Shown piece by piece: positions 45,080-58,771 of a stretch of DNA of 64,000 bases (positions are counted from its first letter, which is position 1; every line of letters starts with the position of its first letter). This DNA comes from Selaginella moellendorffii. Lineage: Eukaryota > Plantae > Lycopodiophyta. The translations under genes and the position numbers were made by a program. The DNA is taken from NCBI RefSeq assembly GCF_000143415.4, contig NW_003314274.1:1440851-1504850 (forward strand), written 5' to 3'. A model generated the notes under the pieces. That model was not told where the DNA came from and did not search any database. It was given only the letters and a program-made list of their open reading frames with translations.

Positions 45080-48000
45080 GGAGGGGGTGCTGTCAGGAAT
45101 CCCCCAATTCTTGCCACATTCTTGACTCTCGCCAGATTCCTGACCTGCAAACCACATTCCTGACTCTTGAGACACTTCCCTATTCCTGACTCTCGAGACA
45201 CTTCCCTATTCCTAACTCTCGAGACACTTCCCGATTCCTGAGTCTCGAGCCACATTCCTGATGATGATGTGGCGCCTCCTCGACCTCAGCTATATTTAGG
45301 CCGTCCTCGATCCAAGAGTGGTGGAGCTTCATCAACCTATAGTATATATAGGTTAGCCTTGTTGCATTTCTCCATAATCTGAATTAATGCCAGTCTAAGG
45401 CCTCTTCTTTGTTTCCACTAGCTTTTCTCTTTGTCTTTTTGCATTTTCCAGTCTTGATCTTGTCAGGGGTCTTGACACCGGAAAGGGTGCCACATGGTAG
45501 TGGCCGAAGCAAAAGCCAAACGAGCGTAACACGTTTGGACTAAAAGCTCTGACTTGAAAGGTCGAGAGTGGGAGTGGAACTCCCAACAAAGTGCTCCAGG
45601 AACAAGCACAAAGCGAGCAATAAGCGAGGCTCCAAAAAGGGACCGAGATGGAGTCCGAGATGGACCGAGATGGAGTCCGAGATGGAGTCCGAGATGGAGT
45701 CCGAGATGGACCGAGATGGAGTCCGAGATGGAGTCCAAAGTGGAGTCCGAGATGGACCGAGATGGAGTCCGAGATGGAGTCCAAAGTGGAGTCCGAGATG
45801 GAGTCCGAGATGGACCGAGACGGAGTCCGAGATGGACCGAGACGGAGTCCGAGATGGACCGAGACGGAGTCTGAGATGGAGTCCGAGATGGACCCGAGAT
45901 GGAATCCGAGATGGAGTCCGAGAAGGACCCGAGATGGAGTCCGAGGTCAAGACTGAGACCGGGACCGAGACCGGGACCGAGACTGAGGCCGAGCCCGAGT
46001 CCGAGTCCGAGTCCGAGTCTGAGTCCGAGTCCGAGTCCGAGTCTGAGTCCGAGTCCGAGTCCGAGTCTAAGTCCGAGTCCGAGTCCGAGTCCAAGTCCAA
46101 GTTCGAGTCTGAGAGGGTGAAAGCCCAAAGCGTTCGTCTCTCAGACCCTGGGGGGTTTGGTGAGCTCCAAAAGTATAGTAAGGGGAAGGACTGCAATGGA
46201 GCCAGTTTGGCCAGGAAAGGCCAGTTTGGCCCAGGAAGGCCAGACCCAGTGTTGGGTGATGAACTGACCACTGGGAAGTCCAAGACAAGAGTGAACATGG
46301 ACCGACAAGCGGGGTAGCTTGGTGAAGTGTTCAAGAGCCGGCTCTAGTTCCCCCGGGAGATCGACTGGCCGATGCTCCCAGTCCAAGTGTGGGTGGCACT
46401 ACCTACTTGGATGCCAGGTGTGGCTCAATGGAACCTCGCTCTAAGCCCATGGCTAGAGCACCTAAAGGCAGAAGGTGGGGAGAGTACCCACGGGGCTCGC
46501 GTAGGCCCACGGTATTCCGAAATGTTGTCCTTGAATCCCAAATGGGGGAAAGGAGGAAGAGTAGTCCTCTAGCGTAGTGACTATGGATACAGTCACATGG
46601 TGAAGAAGTCCTAGAGGACCATGGGACTTAGTGGTCGGGCTTGTGGGCTTGGATCGAGTGGCAGTGTTGGCAAACATAGCCATGGACAGAAAAGGGACTT
46701 GGTAGGAATTGACAAAGGGACTTTGGGGAAGGCTATTCCCCATGTCTGTGGGCATCCTAAGGATGCTAAGGAGTGGATCTAGGATGACCACTCGTGGACG
46801 GATGGCCCAGTCTTGGAGAGACGGGATTGTGATGCAAGTGGTATTTGACCACTAGTGTGGCAAAGGTGAATGGGCATGGCCTTAGCGTAACGGGCCGATA
46901 TGTTAGTGGTACCTTTGGGTGTCAGTCTTGGGACCGGACACGTGGAGCACTTGGACCAGGTGCAAGTGTTGAGTGGCATGGATGCCATTCTTGAGGATAG
47001 CAAGTCCCAAGTCCTGAATTGGACTTATGGAGGTTGTAAATGAGACTCCTCCAAGTGGTCAGAGGTGTGGTTAAGTGACTAAAGTAGAATGGAAAAATTA
47101 GTCACTTACAACTTGGTATCGGAGCTGTTCCTTGGTCTGACTTTTATTGGTGCTCAAGTATATCACCATTGATATTGGCATCGGAAGGTCTTAGGAGTGG
47201 GCCTATCCTTGAGGAGTAGCACGTCGAGAGGACATGGCTCTCCACTCGAGTTCATGCATGAACTTGGGCGCGATGTGGTGGATAGAAAAGGGGCCAGTAA
47301 GGGAACGACTTTGGGATCTTGGGAACAGTATATGGTTTTCCTTCGAGAGTTGAGGATGTGATCCAGATGAGCGTTTGACTTAGCGAACTAGCTAATGTAG
47401 TTGTGGTAAACAACTATAGTTGGGATCACAGGAAAGATAAAGACTCCAAAACAATAGAGGAGTCACAAGATTATCCTCATATAGTTGAGGTTGGTGCTCA
47501 TGAATGTGAGACCAGGAGTAATGACCGTGGGAGGTCAAATACGGAAGAGGACTCAAGTCCTTGAAATGGTAGCCGGGGCTACCTTTAATAAATGCTGGAA
47601 CAACCCAAGGAGTTGGGGGGTGTATTTAGAGATGAATTGGTATTCTCATCACATGGACAAGTCCAGAGAACAAAATCAAGTGTCAGAGTAACACTTTTGA
47701 AAATAATCCTTGTGAGTAGGACATGAATGCAAGAAGTGTATTCCAGTGAGCTAGTGCCCCACAAGTAGGACCTTACGGGTCTGTGGATTAACCAAGTCCA
47801 AAATTGCTGGATGACTCAAGTAGAGTCAAGGAATGGTTCTAAAGGACTGATGGAAGCATTTGTACTGAGATGTGTGGTACCCCATGAAGGATGGGGGGGA
47901 TCATAGAATCCAAGGATGAGAACAGAGGGTATCTCATCGATGGCAAAATGTGCCATGCTAAAGTTGTGGGAAAGGTGTTCCCAAAAGAAAACAACTTTGA

Positions 48001-51000
48001 CACAAAGTTGTGTGTGACCTCTATGGTGCAGTGCTAACGGATGGTTGGCATGAGAGAGAGCGGTATTGGTCCTGGCAAAGACTTAGACACAAAGAAGAAG
48101 TGTCCTAGAGGTAGGCTCGTGGAGCCGATGGTGTGGAGACACCAAATGTGCCAAAGTGTGATACCTTGAGGTTATGTTGGTGGGTTCATGAGAGCCCCTT
48201 GCCAAATGAATCCTAATGGAAATGGGAATGGCATAGCCTAAGCTGTAGAGCATGCAATTGAAGTGTGGTGACCCAGATAATGATGGAGGTGTGGAAGCAC
48301 CAGCAATGAGTTGTAGGACTTGACAACTATGAGGCAACTAAGCGAGAGGTGCAAAATAATTGGTTAAACGGGTAGAAGGTAGGTACCCAAGCCTTCTTAA
48401 TGGCATAAGGAAGTTGGATATACCCTTACGGGGGATAAGTTGCTTATGTTGCGATATAGTAAATCAATGTCATAAAAGGAAATACTCATTGTCAAGGGAG
48501 CCGTCATTGGGACACCCGAACACTCTAGAACGCTAGGAGGTGGTGTTTGATGTCACAAGGGCAATAGATAAGGCCCAAGGGACTAAATCCCTAGCGAATG
48601 ATGGATAGAGGGTGCTATCCAAATGTCCAAGGTGGCGGAGACAGGAGAAGACTGTCTACTCGAATTGGACAAAGCCAAAAATGGAATTTTGGCAAGGCTA
48701 GTGATGGGCATGTAAAGGCCCATAAGCAACAATGTAATCCTGGTGTGTGGGGTTATAGGGTGAGCACACCTGGATTGAGGAACCACTCCCTAGGCTATCG
48801 GGTAAGTTCATCCCTAAGAATACTTGCTAAAGCATGATAGAAAGTGCAAAGCTATCCTCCTGGTCTGGAGGAGAATGACCGAAGGAAAGGTGTGAAGCCA
48901 AAAGCAAGAAGTAAGGGGATAGAACCGAACCATAGGAATCAAAGGGCATAACTAAGGTTGGTTATTCCACCTGGGAGTGGAGAATCTAGTGGGGGCTCGA
49001 GGGTGTTGTTGCTAGCAACTGTGATGCCATGGAAAGTCTAAAATATGGAATTGTCCATACTAGACTATATGGCAACTAGAAAGCTTGCAAAAAGGGGGGG
49101 CCTTAGCAAGCTAAGGGACAGAGTTCCTTCAAGGTTCCCAAAGACGATTCTAGGTAGTTTAGTGCCTAGAAAGGCCAAGTGTAAATGGTTCATGGAACAC
49201 GAGAAACCAAAGTGGTGCAGCAGAAGCATGGTCTTGAAGCTTGCCATGAGGCAAGGCTATTAAGGTTAGGGAAGTAATTCCCAAGTGTTCAAAGAAAGGG
49301 CTTTGAACGAAAGTCAATGGTCAAGGACTTTCACGCTTATGCAGGAACCATGTTACGGTGGTCGGAGGACTTGCCAAGTGAGATTGGCAAGTTGGGGGAA
49401 CAAATGCCCTAGTTGAAGGTGATAACTTCAAAAGGGTGGGCCATGGGGCCGAGCATGGAGTCCATGCATGATCACAGACTTGTCAAGTGAGAGGACTTGG
49501 CAGTGCAGAGGAACTAGGTTCCTAAGCTGTGATCTATAGCGCGCTTTGACTATAAGTTGGTGCACTGGCGTGGGGAGTCACACTAGGCATCATGGATGAT
49601 GCCTTCCGTAGATGCATATACGGAGGTTGGGTTCGAGTCCCAACCCTCTAGTGCTTGGGTTCGAGTCCCAAATCACTAGGGTGTGGTGATGGTTTGGAAT
49701 ATGAGGACACTCATATTTCGGTGGTCATGGACTCTCAATGAAGAGATTGGCTTGGGTACACCGCCAAGTAGGGGATGCCCCAGAGTCGTGATGCACGGTT
49801 AGATTGCTTAGAGTGAAAGCTCGGCATATCTAACTTGAACACTTTGGTGCAAAGGGCACCAAGGACGTGGTGGATGAAATGGGGACATATAGTCTCAGTT
49901 GCTATGGATCCTTGGCCGGAAGGGTTGGCTTGGGCGCACCGCCAAGTGAGGGGGATGCCCCCGGGGTCATAGTCAACAACTTAGAAAGGTCTGGAAGACC
50001 TAGTTCCTATTAATAGACCTATTAAGGGGTCAAGATGAGATCACTAGGTGATCTTGTGGCTAAATAAGGACAAGGTCTTTATTTGGGTTAAGGAATATGG
50101 TTCCTAGTTCAAAGCGTTGATTTGAACTATTGATAATGGTGTGGCTTGGTCAAGGTGACTAAGTGGAAAGGACACATAAGGAAATGAACTACGACCATAC
50201 AATGGTATTGTGAGTTCAAAGTAGTCTCTAGGAGAGACCTATGGGAGGGTCATAAAGTTGGGCCGTGGAAGGGGCCTATAGCAGAAAATGCTAAAGAGAT
50301 CTACTAGGGGTGAGCACCCTTTGGACTTGGCAAAGTGGAGCTTTGCCATGGAACCAAAAGAATACCTTAAGGAGGGAGGTAGTGATCCTGTGTTGCTTGA
50401 TGCAACAATCAATGGATAGGAACAAAAGACTAATGGCCAAGTTTGGGCCATGAAATTTAATGGGAGGAATCCAAATGGCAAAGTTAGCCAAAGAACACAA
50501 ATGTGTTTGATGCTAACGGATTGCGGGAAAGGAAGTGGACTTCCAAGGATAGATTCCCAAGTGCTCCAATTTGGCGAAGTAAAAGCTCTAAGTGAGGAGC
50601 GGCAAAGTAGCCAAAAGATAAAGCCATGGACAGCCCTAGCACAAATGATGATTATTGGAACGTAGTGCCAAGGGTAGCACGAAATAGGAAAGAGGATGAT
50701 GATGCTCTCAAGTAGAGAACTTCCTAGGATAGGGAAGTGGACTTGCACAATATGTGCAATGCAAGGTGTTGGAGACACCTAGGAAAATTGACTTCAAGAA
50801 GTCAAAAACAAACGTTCCAAAGTGCAAAGGTTATATCGATGAAAATTGAGACTACTCAAGATGGAGTAGTGGGATTGAGATAGAGACGGTGTCTCTAACA
50901 GGTTTAGCAAGAACTAAACCAATAAACAGAAAGGACCACTACAAGTGGTCCAATCAAGTCTCTAAGTTGGAGAGACTATCCTCCTTAGAGGATGACCAAG

Positions 51001-54000
51001 GCATGGTGAGCCTTCGGTATCAAACCATTGACGAATGTTGGCGAGGTGCCAAAAATGGAAAGGGTAATACATAGTGGTGTTACTTTATAAAATAATTTAT
51101 CGTTCGATGAGGACATCAAACTTCGTCTATGGGTGGTGGAGTTGTGAGGCACAAAATCCCTAGGCCCCAAAGTGGAGCCAGAAAGGGTGCCACATGGTAG
51201 TGGCCGAAGCGAAAGCCAAACGAGCGTAACACATTTGGACTAAAAGCTCCGACTTGAAAGGTCGAGAGCGGGAGTGGAACTCCCAACAAAGTGCTCGAGG
51301 AACAAGCACGAAGCGAGCAATAAGCGAGGCTCCAAAAAGGGACCGAGACGGAGTCCGAGATGGAGTCCGAGATGGACCGAGACGGAGTCCGAGATGGAGT
51401 CCGAGATGGACCAAGACGGAGTCCGAGATGGACTGAGACGGAGTCTGAGATGGAGTCCGAGATGGACCGAGATGGAATCCGAGATGGAGTCCGAGAAGGA
51501 CCCGAGATGGAGTCCGAGGTCAAGACCGAGACCGGGACCGAGACCGGGACCGAGACCGAGACCGAGACCGGGACCGAGACCGAGACTGAGGTGGAGGCCG
51601 AGACCAAGCCCGAGTCCGAGTCCGAGTCTGAGTCTGAGTCCGAGTCTGAGTCCGAGTTCGAGTCTGAGAGGGTGAAAGCCCAAAGCGTTCGTCTCTCAGA
51701 CCTTGGGGGGTTTGGTGAGCTCCAAAAGTATAGTAAGGGGGAGGACTACAGTGGAGCCAGTTTGGCCAGGAAAGGCCAGTTTGGCCAGGAAAGGCCAGTT
51801 TGGCCCAGGAAGGCCAGACCCAGTGTTGGGTGATGAACTGACCACTAGGAAGTCCAAGACTAGAGTGAACATGGGCCGACAAGCGGGGTAGCTTGGTGAA
51901 GTGTTTAAGAGTCGGCTCTAGTTCCCCCGGGAGATCGACTGGCCGATGCTCCCAGTCCAAGTGTGGGTGGCACTACCTACTTGGATGCCAGGCGTGGCTC
52001 ATTGGAACCTCACTCTAAGCCCATGGCTAGAGCACCTAAAGGCGGAAGGTGGGGAGAGTACCCACGGGGCTCGCATAGGCCCATGGTGTTCCGAAATGTT
52101 GTCCTTGAGTCCCAAATGGGGGAAAGGAGGAAGAGTAGTCCTCTAGCGTAGTGACTATGGATACAATCACATGGTGAAGAAGTCCTGGAGGACCATGGGA
52201 CTTAGTGGTCGGGCCTGTGGGCCTGGATCGAGTGGCAATGTTGGCAAACATAGCCATGGACAGAAAAGGGACTTGGTAGGAATTGACAAAGGGACTTTGG
52301 GGAAGGTTATTCCCCAGGTCTGTGGGCATCCTAAGGATGCTAAGGAGTGGATCTAGGATGACCACTCGTGGACGGATGGCCCAGTCTTGGAGAGACGGGA
52401 TTGTGATGCAAGTGGTATTTGACCACTAGTGCGGCAAAGGTGAATGGGCATGGCCTTAGCGTAACGGGCTGATATGTCAGTGGTACCTTTGGGTGTCAGT
52501 CTTGGGACCAGACACGTGGAGCACTTGGACCAAGTGCAAGTGTTGAGTGGCATGGATGCCATTCTTGAGGATAGCAAGTCCCAAGTCCTAAATTGGACTT
52601 ATGAAGGTTGTAAATGAGACTCCTCCAAGTGGTCAGAGGTGTGGTTAAGTGACTAAAGTAGAATGGAAAAATTAGTCACTTACATAGTGTTTGCTAATTG
52701 GGCAGCATGATTTTGTTATCCAGCAGGAAAAGAAGAAGAAATGCAAATTAAACATCACATAGCACGATGATTAGTATGGGTCATTGAAATCAGTTTTGAC
52801 ACTAAATTTACTTTGCTAACCTTGTAGATTTTGCATCCCAAGTATGTCAAGCTACTCTCATAGAGACCCTCAAGTGTGTTTTTGAGATGGAAGTTGCACT
52901 TAAAGAGCACACAGTTAGTGGTATATCAAGTTCTCTTTTCTTTTCTTTGGTTATGCTAGTAAATTAAATATTTTCTATGCAGCTGAGCTATGATGACATG
53001 ACAATACCCATTCCTTTCAATAGATGCATTTTCAAGTGGGCGAATGAGTCCTACCATCAATGGTTCTCTGCAAAACTTCCAAAAAAGATTTTTAAGTTCT
53101 ACAACATTTATAGTACTTCATGCAAAACTCCATTCCACATCTGGTTCTTGATAGCCAACTTTCATTGGCAACTTTTTTCCATTATTTCTAGCAAAGAGTG
53201 AAAAATGCCCAATAGTTGAGCTCAAGGAAATTCTCCATAGTGAGGTAATGCATTCTTTCTTAATGCTTACTCAAAGAAACCTTGGACTTTGTAGGCCGAT
53301 TTCAAGTACGTGGACAGAGAAGGCATGGTACCATCCAAGTCTTTCAAGGTAGCCCTTTGTTTCTATCACCTAGTTCTGAACTCTACTTTCTTCATAGGCT
53401 GATGGGTTCACTACAACTATGAGGCATGGGGTTCCAAACAATCATTGCAGTCTAATAAGATCAAACAAAGTGTTCCTCCTCCTTAAAGACATCTTGGACA
53501 TCAAAGATGAAGAGAAGAAGCTTGCAGTTCACGCTGCCCAACATTAGCATTCCCAATCTCGCCACCCTCGGGCTTGTGGCACAAGTGGGCAAGCTAGGAT
53601 CATGCGTCCAAGCAGAGAATGAGGCAGGATGTGGATTCCTCCTATAATAAGGAGGAGGGAGTGCTGATGTTTGCTCCCAGCCAATGGGAGGTAATATATT
53701 AATGTTCCTACATATTTATTGTTTTATGTTCTAAAATGCATAATTAATTAATTTCTTGCTAATAAATAATTAGTAATAATTATTCTTAGTAATTATTCTC
53801 TTTTATTTGATAAAATTTTAAGGCAAGTTTATTCCAAGTAAGAATATAATTTCCATATAACATATTTTAATAATAGAAATTTTAGTTTTACTATTTTTTG
53901 AGTCAGGTATTTTTCTAAATATATTTATATTTCAAAATAATAATTTGTATCTAATATTTTTATTAATGAATGTTTATTCTTACTTATGTCTATATATTAT

Positions 54001-54239
54001 CAAGTTTACAAGAGCAAAAAATTTGTACAAAATCATTGATTGCTATATTCATCTAGCATTTGTTAACCATAATTCCCTTACATCTTCTTTCAAACTGGAA
54101 TACAATATTTATTATTTTAATACTGTTCCAATTTAATTTTCAATATAACAAAATTAAGACAATCAAAATAGTGTTTTGCTAATTAGGTAGCATATGCCGG
54201 GTGGAGCTCGTGGAAAAGATCTAGCGCTGATCAATGCAA

Positions 54240-54880
54240 TCCAGTGATCACCGCTGTCACTGATATGGCCACGAGAGTGGTTATCAAATTGTGTCTCTGA
54301 AAGGAATTCTCTAAAACATCACGATTGCATCATCAATCCTCTCTGATTGTGCCTAGGAGGCTGTTCCACAAGCAGCACTCCCACTTGGGCATCTCAAAGA
54401 AAACAATAGCCACCTTTTCAATTTGCCCATTCACAGCATTTGCAATAATCATAGAGTTCCAAGTGGCTACAATTTGTAATGGCATAGAATCAAATAGATC
54501 CTTTACGTTTTCTAAATCATTTCTTGATGCCAAAACTGATATCATCAAGACATCTTGCTTTGCATCTCATTGAAGAGGGCAATGGCTTCCTCCAGATGCC
54601 AGTTTTGGGCATAGCACAAAAGCATTACGTTCTAGAAGATGATGTCTCTATGTGCCAGCGCAAGAAACAAATTTTTAGTTTCATCAACCATTCCACAATC
54701 TGCATACACAGTGATAATCGTTGTCCATGACACAAGACTGTAGAAAGGCATCCCATCAAACAATTGCGATGCCTCCTCCAGATCCCCAATTGTGGCAATT
54801 GCTACAATAGCAACATTCCAGCTAACAAGATTTTTCACTGGGTTTTTCTCAAACACTTGCCCAGCCTTGAATAATTGCAA
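54240..54880 (-). pseudogene. PPR pseudogene, tandem paralog of 33750-34330/39502-39650
   Basis: ORF fragments 54333-54548 and 54632-54880 are near-identical in peptide to 33748-34158 and the 39502-39650 segment. Confidence 0.8.
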
Positions 54881-55929
54881 ATAATGACACTAATATTTGC
54901 TCTTAGCTAATGGGAGGTGGCCAATTGCTTGGGCAAGAGAAGAAAGCATCGTGGCATTGATATTCAACCTTTTAAAATGGAGATTTGCTGTGTTACTTAG
55001 ATCTTATAATTCCCTTTAAGGAATTTGATAATTTTCTATGAAAAAATATATGTGTATAGTTATTTTTGTAGTTTTTCTTTCAAAGTGGAAAATAATATAT
55101 ATTATTTTGATAATAATTTAATTTAATTTTTAATGTAATATAACTATGATAATCAAAATAGTATTTGCTAACTGGGCAACATATGCTGGGCAATGACTAG
55201 TATATATGTGAAACTGTGACACAAACTATTCACCCGCCGCACCAGAATATTCTCTCTAAAACGAATACGCTGTACGGATTAGAATATTCTGCTTTGACGG
55301 AAATTCGTACGCTCGGCAAACTGAACCTTGTTCAGTGTGCCAGTCAAGCGTTTGTGGTACGTCTGCTGTTTCTCCATCTCCAACGCCGGTCTTGTTTCTT
55401 ACAGGGGGTTTTTGACATGAACATTTCTGCTCAGTTCACCCGTTTTGGGAGCTTCTTTTTGCTTGTGTGCGTCACATACTCGGTGATGTTTTTGGCTCGC
55501 TTCTTGGGGTCTGGGAAGTGGAAGCTCGTCCCTCCAAAGGAGGCTCCACTTTTTCCATTGATTGAAATGCAGATGCCAGAATTAGAGGGAGATTTGTCCA
55601 ACTTTTCAAGAGTATTCTGTTGTCCTATAGACGACCTATCGTTGTGACAAAAGGAGCTCGCTCCATCACAAAATGCCATCAAAACTTTCCCGCTGTAGAT
55701 TTCTCACAGGTGCGTGCTTCTTTTTAACAGAAACTTACTAAGCACTTGTCTCATTGAGCAGATTCCTGATTATGAAGACGCATTATGGAATTCCTCCGCA
55801 ACAGAGGCAAAATCATCTTATCCTTATCCTTGCTGTCACAACTCATCACCAAATGATATTATTCATGACATTGCAAGCTATATATTTATGCCAGGAGTCA
55901 GTGAAACTGGCAAGTGCTCATCCGAGATA

Positions 55930-56253
55930 TCAAGATGCTGGAAATGAGTCATCCGATATCACGACGCTGCCAATGCCTTCGAGACCCTGAACACATGTTC
56001 TGTCTGAGGCAAGAACCTCTCCACTTTCGCCTGCACAACCTGCATCTGAGAAAAATGTGGCCTTCCAATCCGGATTATAGTAAAACCTGTACGAAACAGC
56101 ATCTTCGGGTATCTCAGCGCATTGGCGATCCCATACAACAGTAAAAGATCCTGTACACCACTTTCCCTTGTACAAGTTTAGTTGGCTCGCATTGGCTTGT
56201 ATCAATGCACATGCGATCACAACCATGATGAGTGACATTTTGAGTACCTTCAT
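55930..56253 (-). CDS. Secreted MiAMP1 (beta-barrelin)-like peptide, acidic four-cysteine variant
   Basis: Signal peptide ending ...IQANA, then SQLNLYKGKWC...C...SYRFYY...ATFFSDAGCAG...RTC...SVVI. This parallels MiAMP1 SxFxVWSGPGC...YxFxY...AxLYxxAGCxG...C...SIFI. Confidence 0.65.
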   Translation of the reverse strand: MKVLKMSLIMVVIACALIQANASQLNLYKGKWCTGSFTVVWDRQCAEIPEDAVSYRFYYNPDWKATFFSDAGCAGESGEVLASDRTCVQGLEGIGSVVISDDSFPAS

Positions 56254-56342
56254 GCCGCTTCTCTTGATTTCAGGCTGAGGCTGCCTCTTCTCAATTGTAG
56301 GGTTCTAGAAAGCGTTTTTCACTGCTTTCTATAGCAAATTCG

Positions 56343-56570
56343 AAAACCTTGCGTGCACCTCGTGGGAGAGTTTTCCATCTTATCATCTTACATCACCACT
56401 CATAATATTCTTTTTAAAACCTTGCGTGCACCTCGTGGGAGAGCTTTTTCAACGTTAGGTACACTATCTTTATCCTGCTGTTCATTACTTGTTAAATATT
56501 CTTTTTAAAACCTTGTCGTGGGACAACGTTAGGTACACTTTCTTTATCCTACTGTTCATTACTTGTTAAT
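56343..56570. repeat. Imperfect local tandem duplication upstream of the MiAMP1-like gene
   Basis: aaaaccttgcgtgcacctcgtgggagag at ~56343 and ~56416, with a partial third copy at ~56507; caacgttaggtacact...tttatcct.ctgttcattacttgttaa occurs twice. Confidence 0.7.
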
Positions 56571-58771
56571 TACAAATCGATCCTCATCACAGCTTTTATA
56601 AAATAAATTTTATACTGTTTACGTTAGTTTAACCGTAAAACCTAATGATTAGAACCTCAATTTCTGCTCGCGATTTTTTTAATTGGTTGAATGTGAATTA
56701 ATTGATTTTATTAGGGATGTTTTCAGTGATTTTAATGTTGTTCAAATTCAAACGCGACCTGCATGAGCTCAAGCCTCTAGCAAACCGTGGTCACAAGCCG
56801 TGTCTGGACTCAGCACGGACAAACTCCACCTCTAATGCCTGCAGTAGCTTTGAACTCAGCTTAAGAACTACTCGAAATTTTACATGCAGTTGATCTTCAA
56901 CTTGGTTGCTTGGTGCACACTCATTTCATCTTAAATCCGTTTGATGCTTCAGTCCATTTACAAGCTGCATACTTCTTCCTTTCTCGCACTTAAGACTTGT
57001 GCCTCTTGCTTCACATCGTCAGCCATCTCCTTTCTGCGCTTTCACCGGCAAAATGTTGCTTCTCGTGAAAAACACTTCATTACATAAAAACCACTGTTTG
57101 TTTTGCCTTTTGTATAGCTTGACCGATAGCAGCAACCGGTTTCAGTTCACGACCCATGACTTTTTTGAAGTCGACTGGATCACATATTGCTGCTTTTGAG
57201 TCTGCACCACGGTCTTCGACTTTCAAAAACCCTCTTCCGTTGAAAACTTGAAAATGAACAGGCAGAATGCACAAACGCCAAAACCGGCTGCGTTGGAAGT
57301 CATCTGCAGTTGAAGGCGGACCAGGAAACTGGACGTTGCCAATCTTTACTGGATAGAGCTGGCCTGTCGCAGCATCCTCCTCTTCAACAATAGGACAATG
57401 AACAGGGTTGCCACAGCAGTCGACTGCATAGTGAGGAGCATTGTGATGCTGCTCTGTGGATGCAGAAATTGCCAATGCCTCACCTAACGATCAAAGATTT
57501 CGTTTGGCTGCCCTTGATCTGGCTTCGGATTTTTCCCACATCTGAGGCGTCCACATTGGAGAGGAAAGAAAAGATCGAACAAGCAAAAACAGGGCCGAAG
57601 TTTAGGCGACATTATCTCATATGCGTGTATGAATATAATAATCATTAAAGTGAGGTGGACAAATCAGCATGGCCTCATTTTCAATGCCATTTTCACGGCT
57701 GTGAAATGGAGATTTGGACCCTGATATATTAACCCTATGTTGCCTTATACGCCTCTGAATGCCTGGCCTTCCCGAGAGTGGGTCAAGTTTGAGCAGCAAA
57801 ACAAACTCTTCATCCGCGAAGAGTTTAGTACTTCGTGATAAAAAACACCGGCCATGGGTTCAACACCGCGCCTGGTTCTTTCAGCACCTGGACGCAACAG
57901 ATGAAGGATATAAGCTTCGGCAATGCTTTCGCTCCTGTAGCTTGACGGATGGAGAGCTTCTCGTCGCAAATCCTTGCACAAGCCGCGATCTCTTGTAGGC
58001 TCTTGGAGGGGGAGGCGGAGGAACTTACGGAGTTGTTGTCTAGGCAACGCATCGGCTCTTCCCAGCTGTCTCGAATTCGATCATCGGGCAGTACAGCTTC
58101 AGTGCCCAAGCTATCGAGAATTACTCGTGAAGTACTCGCGGCTCAGTCCCAGTCACCTCGACGCTGACTGGGGACACCTTCTCTCTAGAACACTGACAGT
58201 CTTCTATCTTGTTCCAAACAAATCGGTCGTGTTTGCCAACCATAGCTTGTCCCCGCTTGTGACTTACGCCCAGTAGCAGCCGGGGCTCAAAATCACTGCA
58301 AGCTTCCTTCGTACCATCTCCAGTTCCAGTGCCAAGGCCGGCCGAATTGCTACAGCCTCAGCACTGCCAACACCTCCATCGGCACGGTTGGAGTCCCTCT
58401 CGTCGCAGCCTCGCGCCTCATCCCCAGGAGCGTCGTTTAGGCTCTCCAGCAAAAGCCGCCTCTACACTCATGGAAATCCAAGACAGATATCCCCGAGTCG
58501 TGATCACCAGCATTATTGCGTTTGCTGCGCGACTAAAGCCTCGAATTCCTTGCCGACGTTCTCCAGCCGATTTCGACAAGCTCGCCGAGGCACCGTGGCA
58601 CGTAATCCAGGTGGTGATCGGGAGCGATGGTTCCAGCCAATCCGTAAAGAGTGCTGCTGCTCAGAGCCTGACCAACGGTTCTTCACTCCATGCAAAGCAT
58701 ATTAATGGTGATAGAAGTGGATCTTGGATCTTGTTCTACACCGCCATCTTGAATCTTGGTACTCGCTCCTA

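Larger units (their letters stand above)
39910..45477 (+). mobile_element. Ty3/Gypsy chromovirus (Tcn1/sushi-like), full length, nested, with several nonsense mutations
   Basis: 387-bp LTRs at 39910-40296 and 45091-45477 (TGTCAG...TTGACA); TSD CCGGA; PPT GAGGAGGGGG before the 3' LTR. Domain order gag-PR-RT-RH-INT-chromodomain. Confidence 0.95.
39870..52684 (+). mobile_element. Non-autonomous LARD-like LTR element, copy 2 (same family as 9926-17479)
   Basis: 5' LTR is 39870-39909 + 45483-47110, split by the nested Gypsy. PBS TGGTATCGGAGC at 47114; interior colinear with 11700-15675; 3' LTR 51143-52684. Probable TAGTG TSD with one TG lost on the left. Confidence 0.88.

Noticed and set aside
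55216-55947. Type II membrane protein gene fragment
   Set aside because: A hydrophobic stretch is present, but there is no identifiable family and no consistent exon chain.
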